Below, piece by piece: positions 20,089 to 29,424 of a stretch of 64,000 bases of DNA (its first letter is position 1; each line of letters starts with the position of its first letter). The notes under the pieces were generated by a model. It ran no database searches. It had not been told where the DNA came from and was given only the letters and a program-made list of their open reading frames with translations. The position numbers and the translations under genes are program-made. Origin of the DNA: Acidobacteriota bacterium (GTDB taxonomy: Bacteria > Acidobacteriota > Thermoanaerobaculia > Multivoradales > UBA5704). The stretch spans positions 224,001 to 288,000 of the forward strand of contig JBDTZG010000001.1 in the NCBI GenBank assembly GCA_040005235.1, written 5' to 3'.

Positions 20089-21353
20089 GCGGGATCGCCA
20101 CCTCGGGACCTTCGACCCGCGCGGCGCGCTTCGGTGGCCTCTCGCTCGGGCTGCAACTGGCGCTGCTGGCCGGTGCGGCGTCGTGGGGCGTCTGGCAAGC
20201 GCGGGCGGATCTCGGCTCCCGGGCGCTGCCCCCTTTACGGACGCAACCCTACGCCGTGCCGCCGCTCTACGACGATCCCGCGGTGGTCGCGGATCAGGAT
20301 CTCGCCCGCGTCCTGCCGCGCCTCGGCCTGCGCGGCAAGGGCGCGCAAACTGTGATCGGCCACGTCGAGCACGGCCTGCGCGCCTGGGGGCCGGGCGTCC
20401 AGTTCGCCGATCCGGGTTTCCTTTCGGGACCCGACATGATGCACGTGCTGCTCAACAACTGGCGTTTCGTCAGCACCTACGGACCGAGCCAGCGGTCGCT
20501 GCTCTACGCCGGCAGCGACGGCCGGGCGACCGGCAGCATCGGACGGCAGGACGAGCCAGGGGTGCGCGTGCGGGTCCTCGAAGGGGTCGCGAGCAGCCCG
20601 CACGTCGATCACCTGCTCGCCACACTCGGGGAGGTGGGCACGACGCTCGACACCTCGATCGTCGCCCCGGGCCAACCGACCTCTCTGCGCGCGGTGCTCG
20701 AACAGTCGCTCCGGACCTTCGACCTGAATCAGGCGGAGTACGAATGGTCGTCGCTCGCTTACGCGCTCTACCTGCCGCCGACCCATGCCTGGCGCACCTC
20801 CGAAGGGCGCGAGATGACGTTCGACCGACTCGCCGAACGCCTGATGCGCGAGGAGCTGCCGCGCGGGGTCTGCTCGGGGAATCATCGCCTTCATGCCCTG
20901 GTGGTCTTCCTGCGCATCGACGACCGGATGGCCAAAGAGGGAGCGCCGCGGATCCTGTCGCCCGCTTCCCGCCGCCAGGTCATCTCCTACCTACGCGAGG
21001 TGACCGCGATGCTGGTGCGGCACCAGCACCCGGACGGGTTTTGGAACGGCGATTGGCCGACCTCGGCTCCAGCTCAGGCGGAGCCGTCCGGACGGATCGG
21101 CGACCGGCTGAGCGACCGGCTCATCGTCACCGGGCACGCGCTCGAATGGTGGTCGCTCGCGCCGCCGGAGATCTTGCCGCCGCGCGCGGTGCGCGCCGCC
21201 GCCGGACGCTGGTTGGTGCGCACGATCGACGGCATGTCGGCGGATCAGATCCAGGCCAATTTCTCTTTTCTGTCGCACGCTGCACGCGCCCTCGCCCAAT
21301 GGCGGGGCAGCACGCCCGCCGAGATCTTGGCGCGCGGTGCGGCGAAAGGGTAG
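20085..21353 (+). CDS. Membrane-anchored exported protein with alpha/alpha-toroid (prenyltransferase-repeat-like) motifs
   Basis: N-terminal TM; HVDHLLA, EYEWS, GVCSGNH, QHPDGFW, TGHALEW; AGGAGG RBS; overlaps the previous stop. Confidence 0.7.
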   Translation: MSGIATSGPSTRAARFGGLSLGLQLALLAGAASWGVWQARADLGSRALPPLRTQPYAVPPLYDDPAVVADQDLARVLPRLGLRGKGAQTVIGHVEHGLRAWGPGVQFADPGFLSGPDMMHVLLNNWRFVSTYGPSQRSLLYAGSDGRATGSIGRQDEPGVRVRVLEGVASSPHVDHLLATLGEVGTTLDTSIVAPGQPTSLRAVLEQSLRTFDLNQAEYEWSSLAYALYLPPTHAWRTSEGREMTFDRLAERLMREELPRGVCSGNHRLHALVVFLRIDDRMAKEGAPRILSPASRRQVISYLREVTAMLVRHQHPDGFWNGDWPTSAPAQAEPSGRIGDRLSDRLIVTGHALEWWSLAPPEILPPRAVRAAAGRWLVRTIDGMSADQIQANFSFLSHAARALAQWRGSTPAEILARGAAKG

Positions 21354-21395
21354 GGCTCGGCACGGCAAGACCTTTCGTATGGAGGGAGTGGTACC

Positions 21396-22157
21396 ATGAG
21401 GGAATCCAACGGCATGAGGTCTGAAGTCGAGATGTACAGCGTTCGACGAGTGGAGAACCATCGCGCTCCCGCCGAGCCGGCACCCTTGGGGTCCGCCGAT
21501 CGGCCGGTGCCATCGCTCTCAGCGCAGCTCGCCCTGGTGCAGGAGCGAGAACGGCGGCGGATCGCCCGCGGCCTGCACGACGTCGTCGGCCATTCCCTCG
21601 CCCTCGCCCGGATGCAGCTCGCGCAGCTGCTCGCCACGGAACCGTGTGCAGAACGGCGCCGGGCGTTCGAACAGGTGGGCGAGCTGTTGGGTTGCGCGGT
21701 CGAGGAGACCCGTTCGCTGACCTTCGAGCTCAGCTCGCTGGTGCTCTGCGAGCTGGGGTTGGAGCCGGCGCTGCAAAGCCTCGGCGAACGGGTCGCCGGT
21801 CTGCAAGGTTTTCGTTTCGATTTCACCACCGACCACCTGCAGAAACCGTTGTCCGAGGACGCAGAAACGATTCTTTACCGGGTGGTCGAAGAGCTATTGG
21901 TCAACGCGGCGAAACACTCGAAGGCGCGGGCGATCGAGCTGATCGTGCGGCGGGCGGAGGATCGCGTCCAGATCGCGGTCGAGGACGACGGCGTCGGGTT
22001 CGACGCTTTGGCGATCGGGCCGCAGCCCACCGGGCTCGGCCTTCCTGGGGCGCGTCAGCTTCTCCGCCATCTCGGCGGACGTCTGGAGATCGATTCCGCC
22101 CGCGGGAAGGGCAGCCGCATGGTGGTGACGGTGCCGGTTCGGAGCAACCCGTCATGA
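21396..22157 (+). CDS. Histidine kinase (HisKA_3 + HATPase) without a sensor domain
   Basis: ERRRIARGLHD H-box, ELLVNAAKHS N-box, DDGVGFD, GLGL, GKGS. Confidence 0.9.
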   Translation: MRESNGMRSEVEMYSVRRVENHRAPAEPAPLGSADRPVPSLSAQLALVQERERRRIARGLHDVVGHSLALARMQLAQLLATEPCAERRRAFEQVGELLGCAVEETRSLTFELSSLVLCELGLEPALQSLGERVAGLQGFRFDFTTDHLQKPLSEDAETILYRVVEELLVNAAKHSKARAIELIVRRAEDRVQIAVEDDGVGFDALAIGPQPTGLGLPGARQLLRHLGGRLEIDSARGKGSRMVVTVPVRSNPS

Positions 22158-22807
22158 GCATCCGCATCCTGATCGCCGACGATCACGAGATCATGCTCGA
22201 CGGCTTGCGCGCGCTGCTGGAAAAGCAGGCTGATTTTTCCGTCGTCGGTGTGGCAAAAGACGGCAAGGAGGCGGTCGACAAATCCTGCTCGCTGGCGCCG
22301 GACGTCGTGGTGATGGATATTTCGATGCCGGGATTAAACGGCATCGACGCGACCCGCCAGATCACGGCGAAGCGGCCCGAAACCAAGGTGCTCTGCCTGT
22401 CGGCGCACGCCGAGCCCCGGTTCGTCGAAGCGATGCTCGAAGCGAACGCCGCGGGCTACCTGCTCAAGGAGTACTCCCAGGAGAGCCTGGTGCAGGCGAT
22501 CCGCCACGTCATCGCCAACGAGGTCTACATCTGTCCGCGCGTCGGCTACGCCGTGGTCCGTGCGCTCAAGGCCGAACGGCCGAGCGCGGCCTCGACCGTC
22601 GAACCGCTCACCGAACGCGAGCGCGAAATCCTGCAGCTGATCTCGGAAGGGCATTCGACCAAAGACATCGCCGAGCGGCTGTTCCTGAGCATCAAAACCG
22701 TCGGCACCCACCGCGAGCACCTGATGGACAAGCTCGACATCCACTCGATCGCCGGCCTGACCAAGTACGCGATTCGTGAAGGCCTGACCGACGCCGCGCT
22801 CGGATAG
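22154..22807 (+). CDS. NarL/FixJ-family response regulator
   Basis: IADDH, DVVVMDISMP, GYLLK, LTEREREIL...SIKTVGTHR LuxR HTH. Confidence 0.93.
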   Translation: MSIRILIADDHEIMLDGLRALLEKQADFSVVGVAKDGKEAVDKSCSLAPDVVVMDISMPGLNGIDATRQITAKRPETKVLCLSAHAEPRFVEAMLEANAAGYLLKEYSQESLVQAIRHVIANEVYICPRVGYAVVRALKAERPSAASTVEPLTEREREILQLISEGHSTKDIAERLFLSIKTVGTHREHLMDKLDIHSIAGLTKYAIREGLTDAALG

Positions 22808-23019
22808 CGCCTCGCCTCCGAAACCGCCGTCTGCCGGCGGTAGAAGCAAACCGGAAGAATCAGGTTTTTCGGTGGGCAGAATCAGTCGCCCGCCGATGGC
22901 ATTGGTCGCGCCGGTTCCCTACAGTCTTCCTAAGATTACAGCGCTGCGGTGCCTTCAAGTGGAAGAAGGCGAGAGAAAGCCGGAGGGAAGAGTTTCGTTC
23001 CATTTCGGGGAGACCACCC

Positions 23020-23673
23020 ATGAGCATCCGCATCCTGCTGGCCGACGCGCAACAGATCCTGCTCGACGGCTTGTGCGCTCTGCTCGAACGGGAGCCCGGC
23101 TTCGAGGTGATCGGCGTCGTGCGGGACGGCCGGGAAGCGGTCGAGCGGGCCATGGCGGAGACGCCCGACGTGGTGGTCATGGACACCTCCATGCCGGGTC
23201 TAAACGGCGTCGATGCGACACGCCAGATCACGACGAAACTGCCCGCGGTCAAGGTGCTCTGCCTCTCTGCTCACGCCGAGCCCCGTCTCGTGGCGGCCAT
23301 GTTCAAAGCCAATGCCTCCGGCTATCTGCTCAAGGATACCTCGCACAAAGAACTGGTGCGGGCGATCCGTCACGTCATGGCGGGGGAGGCCTACATCTGC
23401 CCGCAGGTCGGCGCCGCCGTGGTCCAGGCGCTCAAGGCGGAGAAAGCGCGGACGGCCTCGACGATCGAGCCGCTCTCCGAGCGCGAGCGCGAGATCCTGC
23501 ACCTGATCGCGGACGGCATTTCGGCCAAGGGGATCGCCGACCGGCTCCATCTGAGCCTCAAGGCGGTGGGATCTGAGCGCGAGCAGCTGATGACGAAGCT
23601 TGACATCCATTCGATCGCCGGCCTGACCAAGTACGCCATCCGCGAAGGCCTCACCGACGAGGCTTCCGCATAG
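23020..23673 (+). CDS. NarL/FixJ-family response regulator, tandem paralog with degenerate acidic pocket
   Basis: Closely similar to 22154..22807, but LADAQ replaces IADDH and SLKAVGSER replaces SIKTVGTHR. Confidence 0.9.
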   Translation: MSIRILLADAQQILLDGLCALLEREPGFEVIGVVRDGREAVERAMAETPDVVVMDTSMPGLNGVDATRQITTKLPAVKVLCLSAHAEPRLVAAMFKANASGYLLKDTSHKELVRAIRHVMAGEAYICPQVGAAVVQALKAEKARTASTIEPLSEREREILHLIADGISAKGIADRLHLSLKAVGSEREQLMTKLDIHSIAGLTKYAIREGLTDEASA

Positions 23674-23679
23674 TGTCGA

Positions 23680-23773
23680 TGCCGGCGGATTCGGAAACCC
23701 CAAGAATCAGTTTTTTTGCACCTCAGTTTCAGACGCTTGCCGATAGCCTCGGCCTAGGCCGATCCCCTACAGT
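23680..23773 (+). promoter_or_regulatory. Duplicated promoter block upstream of the pilins (paralog at 22832-22925)
   Basis: Both copies share TGCCGGCGG, AAGAATCAG.TTTTT, TCAG-N7-CCGAT and a -10-like TACAGT. Confidence 0.55.
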
Positions 23774-23909
23774 TCAACTTGTCAAAGGCAACATCGCTCT
23801 CGGGCTCATTGGTAGGCTCGTCCTCGACTAGAGCGGGAGTCGAGAGCCGGGCGGAGGGTGTTCTCCAAATTGGAGCTTTACCCGCAGACCTAAGAAAGGA
23901 GTTGGCACC

Positions 23910-24260
23910 ATGGTACGAAGGGGAAAGAAGGGGCAGGCCGGATTCATCGTCAGCGCCGAGATCATTTTCATCTTGACGATCATGATCTGCTGCGTGGCGA
24001 TCGGGTGGTCCTCGATCAGCGCCAAGATCATCGGCGAGATCGGCGACCTCGGCTCGGCGATCGGTTCGCTCAACCAGAGCTACAGCATGAGCGGCATGGC
24101 GGTCGGCCATCCCACCGATCCGGTCCATCCGACGGACATCGCGTTCTGGCGCGGCAGCAGCTTCGAGGATCACCAGGACTTCTGCGATCAGGGTGGCACC
24201 TGCGGCGTTCGGATGTGTATCCCGCCGGCCCCCGAGTGCACGCCGCTGCCAACCCCGTAA
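23910..24260 (+). CDS. Atypical Flp-like (type IVb) pilin 1, Cys-rich
   Basis: Basic class III leader ending QAG|FIVSAE, hydrophobic helix, GDLGSAIGSLNQSY; AAAGGAG RBS; lies in the Tad locus. Confidence 0.75.
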   Translation: MVRRGKKGQAGFIVSAEIIFILTIMICCVAIGWSSISAKIIGEIGDLGSAIGSLNQSYSMSGMAVGHPTDPVHPTDIAFWRGSSFEDHQDFCDQGGTCGVRMCIPPAPECTPLPTP

Positions 24261-24374
24261 CTCCGGGGAAGGGTCTGAGCTTCGCAGAGAAGATGAATGG
24301 ACTCCGAAAGCCTTCGCTCTCGGAGTCCTGTGACACTTCTCGGGGCTCGAGCAGCACGAAAGGAGCCGACACCC

Positions 24375-24728
24375 ATGATGCGAAAAGGAAAGGAAAAGCA
24401 GGCCGGCTTCATAGTCAGTGCCGAGATCATTTTTATCCTGACGATCATGATCTGTTGTGTAGCGATCGGCTGGTCTTCGATCTGCGCCAAGATCATCGGC
24501 GAGATCGGCGACCTCGGCTCGGCGATCGGCTCGCTCAACCAGAGCTACAGCATGAGCGGCATGGCGGTCGGCCATCCCACCGATCCGGTTCATCCAACGG
24601 ACATCGCGTTCTGGCGTGGCAGCAGCTACGAGGATCACCAGGACTTCTGCGATGCGGGCGGAACCTGCGGCGTTCGGATGTGCATACCGCCGACCCTCGA
24701 GGGAGCGGTCGTCGTCGATATCCCGTGA
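24375..24728 (+). CDS. Atypical Flp-like (type IVb) pilin 2, Cys-rich
   Basis: Near-identical to pilin 1 except the leader and C-terminus; AAAGGAG RBS before ATG 24375. Confidence 0.75.
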   Translation: MMRKGKEKQAGFIVSAEIIFILTIMICCVAIGWSSICAKIIGEIGDLGSAIGSLNQSYSMSGMAVGHPTDPVHPTDIAFWRGSSYEDHQDFCDAGGTCGVRMCIPPTLEGAVVVDIP

Positions 24729-24906
24729 TCGACGAATTGCCGCTAAGGGTCGCCAAAGTTGAAAAGAGTCGAACGGCTCCGAGGGCTACGGCTCTCGGGG
24801 TCCACTTTCGTGCCGCAGCCTGCTCTCAGGTGCCGGCTTGGACTTAGCAGCCTTCCACACGACGCATCCGAAACGCTGGGGTGTGATGACCTACAAGGAG
24901 ACCGAG

Positions 24907-25755
24907 ATGAGCGACGCAATCCAAAGCAGTCCTGAGACGACAGGTAGCCCCTATTTGCCGCTGCTTCTGGCCGGGCTACTTCTTTGCGGAGTGCTCCTGC
25001 CGTTATCCGTCACCACCGCGAGCGCCGCCGGGCTGGACTGGAACACGGCGGCATGGACGCCAAACGGCACCCTGGGGCCGAAGACGTTCGTGTTGAGCAA
25101 CGGCATCAGCGTCACGATCACGGTGATTCAGCCGGGAGGAACCACGGGGATCTTTTCGAATGGCACTCCGTCAGAGGACTGTGACACTACGATGTCGATA
25201 CCGCCGGGTCAGTGCCCCAACAACAACTTCGGCACCGCCCACGACCTGGGGATCGAGTTCAATCCCGCCGCTGGAACTCCCCCGGTCACCTCGCCGATTC
25301 TCATCCAGATGGATTTTTCCCCGGCGATCAATGCCTTGAACTTCGACATCTCCGACATCGACTATTCGCTCGGCTCGACGCTCGGCGTCGACTTCCGGCG
25401 GGACCAGGTCGTGCTCTCGAGCGTACCTGCGGCAACCCCCACGCTCACGTTCAAGAACCCGATGCTGGCGACCCACACGTTCAGCATCAACAACGCTACG
25501 TCTACGGCGACCGCCAACTGTAACCCCCCCGCAAGTCCAGGCGTCGAGGACTGCAACAGTTCGCTGGACACGGCCAATCCCAACACGGACACCGGGACGC
25601 TCAATATCAATTACCCCTTCCCCCAGGCCCTGACGCGGGTGACCATCACCTACAACGAAGCCGGGAGTGGGAGCAACCCGTCGAGCCGCGGCATTGGATT
25701 GCTGGCCAACCTCGTGGAGACTCCAGTCGAGCTCACCAAATTCACGATCGAGTGA
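24907..25755 (+). CDS. Secreted Thr/Pro/Asn-rich beta protein ending in TPVELTKFTIE
   Basis: AAGGAG RBS; signal peptide ending ASA; two Cys pairs; C-terminal PVELxxF motif. Confidence 0.8.
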   Translation: MSDAIQSSPETTGSPYLPLLLAGLLLCGVLLPLSVTTASAAGLDWNTAAWTPNGTLGPKTFVLSNGISVTITVIQPGGTTGIFSNGTPSEDCDTTMSIPPGQCPNNNFGTAHDLGIEFNPAAGTPPVTSPILIQMDFSPAINALNFDISDIDYSLGSTLGVDFRRDQVVLSSVPAATPTLTFKNPMLATHTFSINNATSTATANCNPPASPGVEDCNSSLDTANPNTDTGTLNINYPFPQALTRVTITYNEAGSGSNPSSRGIGLLANLVETPVELTKFTIE

Positions 25756-25806
25756 CCTCTCCCCGCGCCGCGTGGAAAGGGCGTGGAACAGAAAGCTGGA
25801 TCGGTC

Positions 25807-28437
25807 ATGTGGATTAGGCTCGCGGCCGCTTTCATGGCGCTTCTCGCGCCGGCCGCTGCGACCGCAGCGGTCGCGCGACCGACGTTCAAGATCGCTGTCG
25901 AAGAGACGGCTGCCTATCGCGTGCGCTTCGAGGATCTCGCATCGGCGGGGCTCGGCAGAAGGCTGCCCAGTGGGGGCTTGGTTCTCACCTGCGCCGGTTT
26001 GCCGGTGCCCCTCTGGGTGGAGGACGGCGGCGACGGAACCTTCGGCCCCGGGGACCACCTGGAGTTTCTCGGCCGACGCCTGGCCGGAGAGGTCTCCACC
26101 CTCAACGAGGACACCCGCGAGAACGTCTACGTGCTGCGTACCGACGCGACCCATCCGGCGCGCGGCAGCATCGCCGCCCCTCCTGCCTCCGGTCCCCCGC
26201 TCGCACTCTTCACGGCGCGCCACCTAGAGCAGGACCTCTTGATCTTGCGCCTGCCGCCGCCGGTGGACGGCCGGCGCGACGAGCTGTGGTACTGGGCCAA
26301 GCTGACCCAGGATCAGGAGCCCTGGAGGCAGACCCTCGACCTACGCGATCTGGCGTCCGCTTCGGTCGGCAAGGCCGCCCTCTCGCTCCAGTTTCGCGGC
26401 TGGTCGCAGCCGCGCGAGAAGGCCGATCCTGGCGATGCCGACCATCGGGTCGAGGTCCTTCTCAACGGGGCGGTGATCGCGAGCGCGGCCTGGAACGGCA
26501 CCGACCTCTACCGGCTCGACGTTCCCGGCCTCGCGCTCGACGCCCTGGTGCCGGGAGACAACATCGTGGAGCTCAAAGTTCCGCCTCGGGCTGCGAATGC
26601 GGCCGGCACGCCGCTCGTCGACGTGGTGATGCTCGACTGGATCGAGATCTCCTATCCGCGCTCGGCGTGGATCGGCGACGAACAGGCGCGGCTCACGCTG
26701 GTCGCCGCCGGCAAACCGGGTCCGCTGCGCATCCGGAGCGATAAGAACAAGGCGGGCCAAGGGCTCCTGGTGTTCGGCGACGGAGGTTGGCGCGGCGTGG
26801 CGCGCGCCGTGGGGGATGCCACCTGGGCCGTCGATCCGCCCCCCGGCGAACGCGCCGTGATCGTCACTCCCGCAACCCGCCTCGCGGCCCCGGCCGCCAT
26901 CGTGCTCGACCGCCCGTCCCGGCTGGCCGATCCCGGCAACCGGGCCGACTACATCATTATCGCCCACTCGACGCTGATCGATGCCGTCCGGCCGCTCGCC
27001 GAGCTCCACCGGGCACGGGGGCTCCGGGTCATGGTCGTCGACGTCGAGGACGTCTATGACGAGTTCAGCCATGGCATCGCCGGCCCGCGCGCCCTGCGCT
27101 CGTTTCTCGACTTCGCCTGGCACCATTGGGCGAGGCCGGCGCCGCGGTCCGTGCTGCTGGTCGGCGACGCGAGTTGGGACGCCAAGAACGCCCACGCCGA
27201 AGACGCAAACTACCCCGATTCGATCTACCGGCCCGGGGAGTCGGAGCCCTTCGCCAAAATCCCCAGCACTCCTTATGCGGTCGAGGCCGGTCTCAACCAC
27301 CGCAATCTGATCCCCACCTGGATCCACACCACCCGGGACGGGCATTCGGCGAGCGACAACTGGTTCGTCGCGATCGACGGCGACGACGACCTTCCCGACC
27401 TGGCGATCGGCCGGTTTCCGGTCGTCGAGCCCGCGGAGGTGTCCGCGATCGTCGAGAAGATCCGGCGCTACGTCACCGCTCCCGAGCCCGGTTCGTGGCG
27501 GCGCGACGTCCTATTGGTCACCAACGACGAGCCGAGCTTCCAGGCCGGCAGCGACGGCCTCGCCCGGTGGGTTGCGACGATGGGTTACGCCACCGAGAAG
27601 ATCTATCCGGCCGCCGCGGAAGTGAGCAACGAGCGGAACACCCAAAACCTTCTGGCGGCCTTCGATCGAGGCGCGGCGATCGTTCATTTCTTTGGCCATG
27701 GCGGCCGCTACATTTGGCGCACCGGACCTCCCGACCTGGTGAAGAACCAGGACCTGTTCACGCTCGCCGACCTCGACGGGCTGCAACCGACCGGCCGGTT
27801 ACCGGTGGTCCTCAGCATGACCTGCTACTCGGCTCCGTTCGACCACCCCAACGCCGATTCGATTGGCGAGAAGCTGCTGCGGATCCCGGGCAAGGGCGCC
27901 ATCGCGGTGCTCGCCGCCTCGTGGCGCAACGCTTCTTCGGCGTCCTGGGGGCAGGCTGTGATCGCCGAGTTGACCCATCCCGGAGCGACGATCGGCGAGG
28001 CGGTGATGCGGGCCAAGTACCAGATCCAGGACCCGGATTTCGTCGCCACTTACAACCTGTTGGGCGACCCTGCCATGCCGATGGCGCTGCCGTCGGGCGC
28101 CATCGCGCTCTCCACCGCGGACCGAGAGGCTGGGCGGATCATCCACGTCGGTGGGGAGGTGAGGATCAGCCATTTTTCAGGTCGGATCGCGATCGATCTC
28201 GTTGGCGAGCGAGGCGAGATCCTCGGGAGCGCCGCGCTGGACCTTCCGACGCCCCGCTTCGTCGCCGACCTGCCCGTCTCCGAGGAGGAATTCCTGGCCG
28301 TACGCGGGGTCCGCGCCTACGCCTGGAATGCCGGCCGGGGCCTCGATGCGACGGGGGGCATCGAGTTCACCGACAACCTTGCACGGCGTGCCGCTCTCGC
28401 CACGGCGGCGGCTGTCGCAGAAGGGCCCACCCCGTGA
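25807..28437 (+). CDS. Peptidase C25 (gingipain/PorU-like) cysteine protease
   Basis: Signal peptide; ADYIIIA, DVEDVYDEFS, VLLVGD, SDNWF, DLAIGRFP; catalytic His in FFGHGG (27697) and Cys in MTCY (27823); YNLLGDPA. Confidence 0.9.
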   Translation: MWIRLAAAFMALLAPAAATAAVARPTFKIAVEETAAYRVRFEDLASAGLGRRLPSGGLVLTCAGLPVPLWVEDGGDGTFGPGDHLEFLGRRLAGEVSTLNEDTRENVYVLRTDATHPARGSIAAPPASGPPLALFTARHLEQDLLILRLPPPVDGRRDELWYWAKLTQDQEPWRQTLDLRDLASASVGKAALSLQFRGWSQPREKADPGDADHRVEVLLNGAVIASAAWNGTDLYRLDVPGLALDALVPGDNIVELKVPPRAANAAGTPLVDVVMLDWIEISYPRSAWIGDEQARLTLVAAGKPGPLRIRSDKNKAGQGLLVFGDGGWRGVARAVGDATWAVDPPPGERAVIVTPATRLAAPAAIVLDRPSRLADPGNRADYIIIAHSTLIDAVRPLAELHRARGLRVMVVDVEDVYDEFSHGIAGPRALRSFLDFAWHHWARPAPRSVLLVGDASWDAKNAHAEDANYPDSIYRPGESEPFAKIPSTPYAVEAGLNHRNLIPTWIHTTRDGHSASDNWFVAIDGDDDLPDLAIGRFPVVEPAEVSAIVEKIRRYVTAPEPGSWRRDVLLVTNDEPSFQAGSDGLARWVATMGYATEKIYPAAAEVSNERNTQNLLAAFDRGAAIVHFFGHGGRYIWRTGPPDLVKNQDLFTLADLDGLQPTGRLPVVLSMTCYSAPFDHPNADSIGEKLLRIPGKGAIAVLAASWRNASSASWGQAVIAELTHPGATIGEAVMRAKYQIQDPDFVATYNLLGDPAMPMALPSGAIALSTADREAGRIIHVGGEVRISHFSGRIAIDLVGERGEILGSAALDLPTPRFVADLPVSEEEFLAVRGVRAYAWNAGRGLDATGGIEFTDNLARRAALATAAAVAEGPTP

Positions 28438-28578
28438 ACTGTGTCGCACAATCCTGCCGCCGAGGTAAGGAATCCGAAAGGCTTCCGAGGGACTCGCGCC
28501 GGGGGCGTCTTCTTGGATCCGGCGGCTTGGCCGCCCCGGGCGCTGTTTGGTGATTTCCGCTAAACTGCGCGCCACGCC

Positions 28579-29424
28579 ATGATGCGCAGGGAAACCTTTC
28601 GGAATGCCGCGGAAAAACCCTGGGCGCGAATCGCGGTCCTGGCGGTCGCGTTGATCCTGGTCGCCGTTTTGCTGTACCGCCAGGTTCAACGTTTTCGCGG
28701 TGATCTCGAAGTGTGGGTCGCCGCCTCCGACCTGGCTCCCGGAGCCGAGGTCGGCAAGACGAACTTGAAGGCGCTGCGGGTCCGCGAAAGCGAGGTGCCG
28801 GGCACGGTGTTGCGCGAGCAGAGTGCGATTCTCGGCAAGCGCCTCGCGCGGGCCAAGCGCGCGGGCACCCCGTTCTTCAAGGCCGACTTCGCGCCGCCCG
28901 ACCAAGGACCGGGGCTCGCCGGCATCCTGCCCGAGGGGCGGGTGCTGGTGTTCCTGCCGCTCGCGAGTCTGCCGTTGGCCGAGCTGGTCGAGCAGCTCCG
29001 CTTCGGCGACCGGTTCGACGTGGTCGCATTCGGCGCGTTGCGCAGCGGCGGCCAGGGCGCGGTGCCGTTGGTCCATGATGCCTTCTTCGTCGGCTGGGTG
29101 GCGGAACGGCCGGCCGCCGAGGGAGCCAAGAAAGCCGACGGTCTCGGCGGCCAGATCGCCGACGCGCTCGCCAGCTCTTCCGGTCAAAAAGGTGGCGGCG
29201 CAGCCCAGTCGCCGCTGCTCCTGGCGGTCCATCCGTGGGAGGCGATGCCGCTCGCCGAGGCGCAGGCCTCGGGCGCGCCGCTCTCCCTGGTGCTTCATGG
29301 TCGCGCCGAAGTCGAAAAGGGCAAGATTCTCACCCTGCCGATGCCGCGCTTCGGCGAGGTCGAAGTGATTACCGGTGGCAAACGCGAAAAGATCACCTTG
29401 GCCGGAACTGCTCCGCCACAATGA
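28579..29424 (+). CDS. cpaB: Tad pilus assembly protein CpaB/RcpC (SAF domain)
   Basis: TM anchor, VWVAASDLAPG SAF motif, LRFGDRFDVV; precedes the secretin. Confidence 0.8.
   Translation: MMRRETFRNAAEKPWARIAVLAVALILVAVLLYRQVQRFRGDLEVWVAASDLAPGAEVGKTNLKALRVRESEVPGTVLREQSAILGKRLARAKRAGTPFFKADFAPPDQGPGLAGILPEGRVLVFLPLASLPLAELVEQLRFGDRFDVVAFGALRSGGQGAVPLVHDAFFVGWVAERPAAEGAKKADGLGGQIADALASSSGQKGGGAAQSPLLLAVHPWEAMPLAEAQASGAPLSLVLHGRAEVEKGKILTLPMPRFGEVEVITGGKREKITLAGTAPPQ

Noticed and set aside
22892-22897. GCCGAT as a sigma28 -10 element (also near 23739)
   Set aside because: No TAAA -35 at the proper spacing; better explained as half of the TCAG-N7-CCGA box
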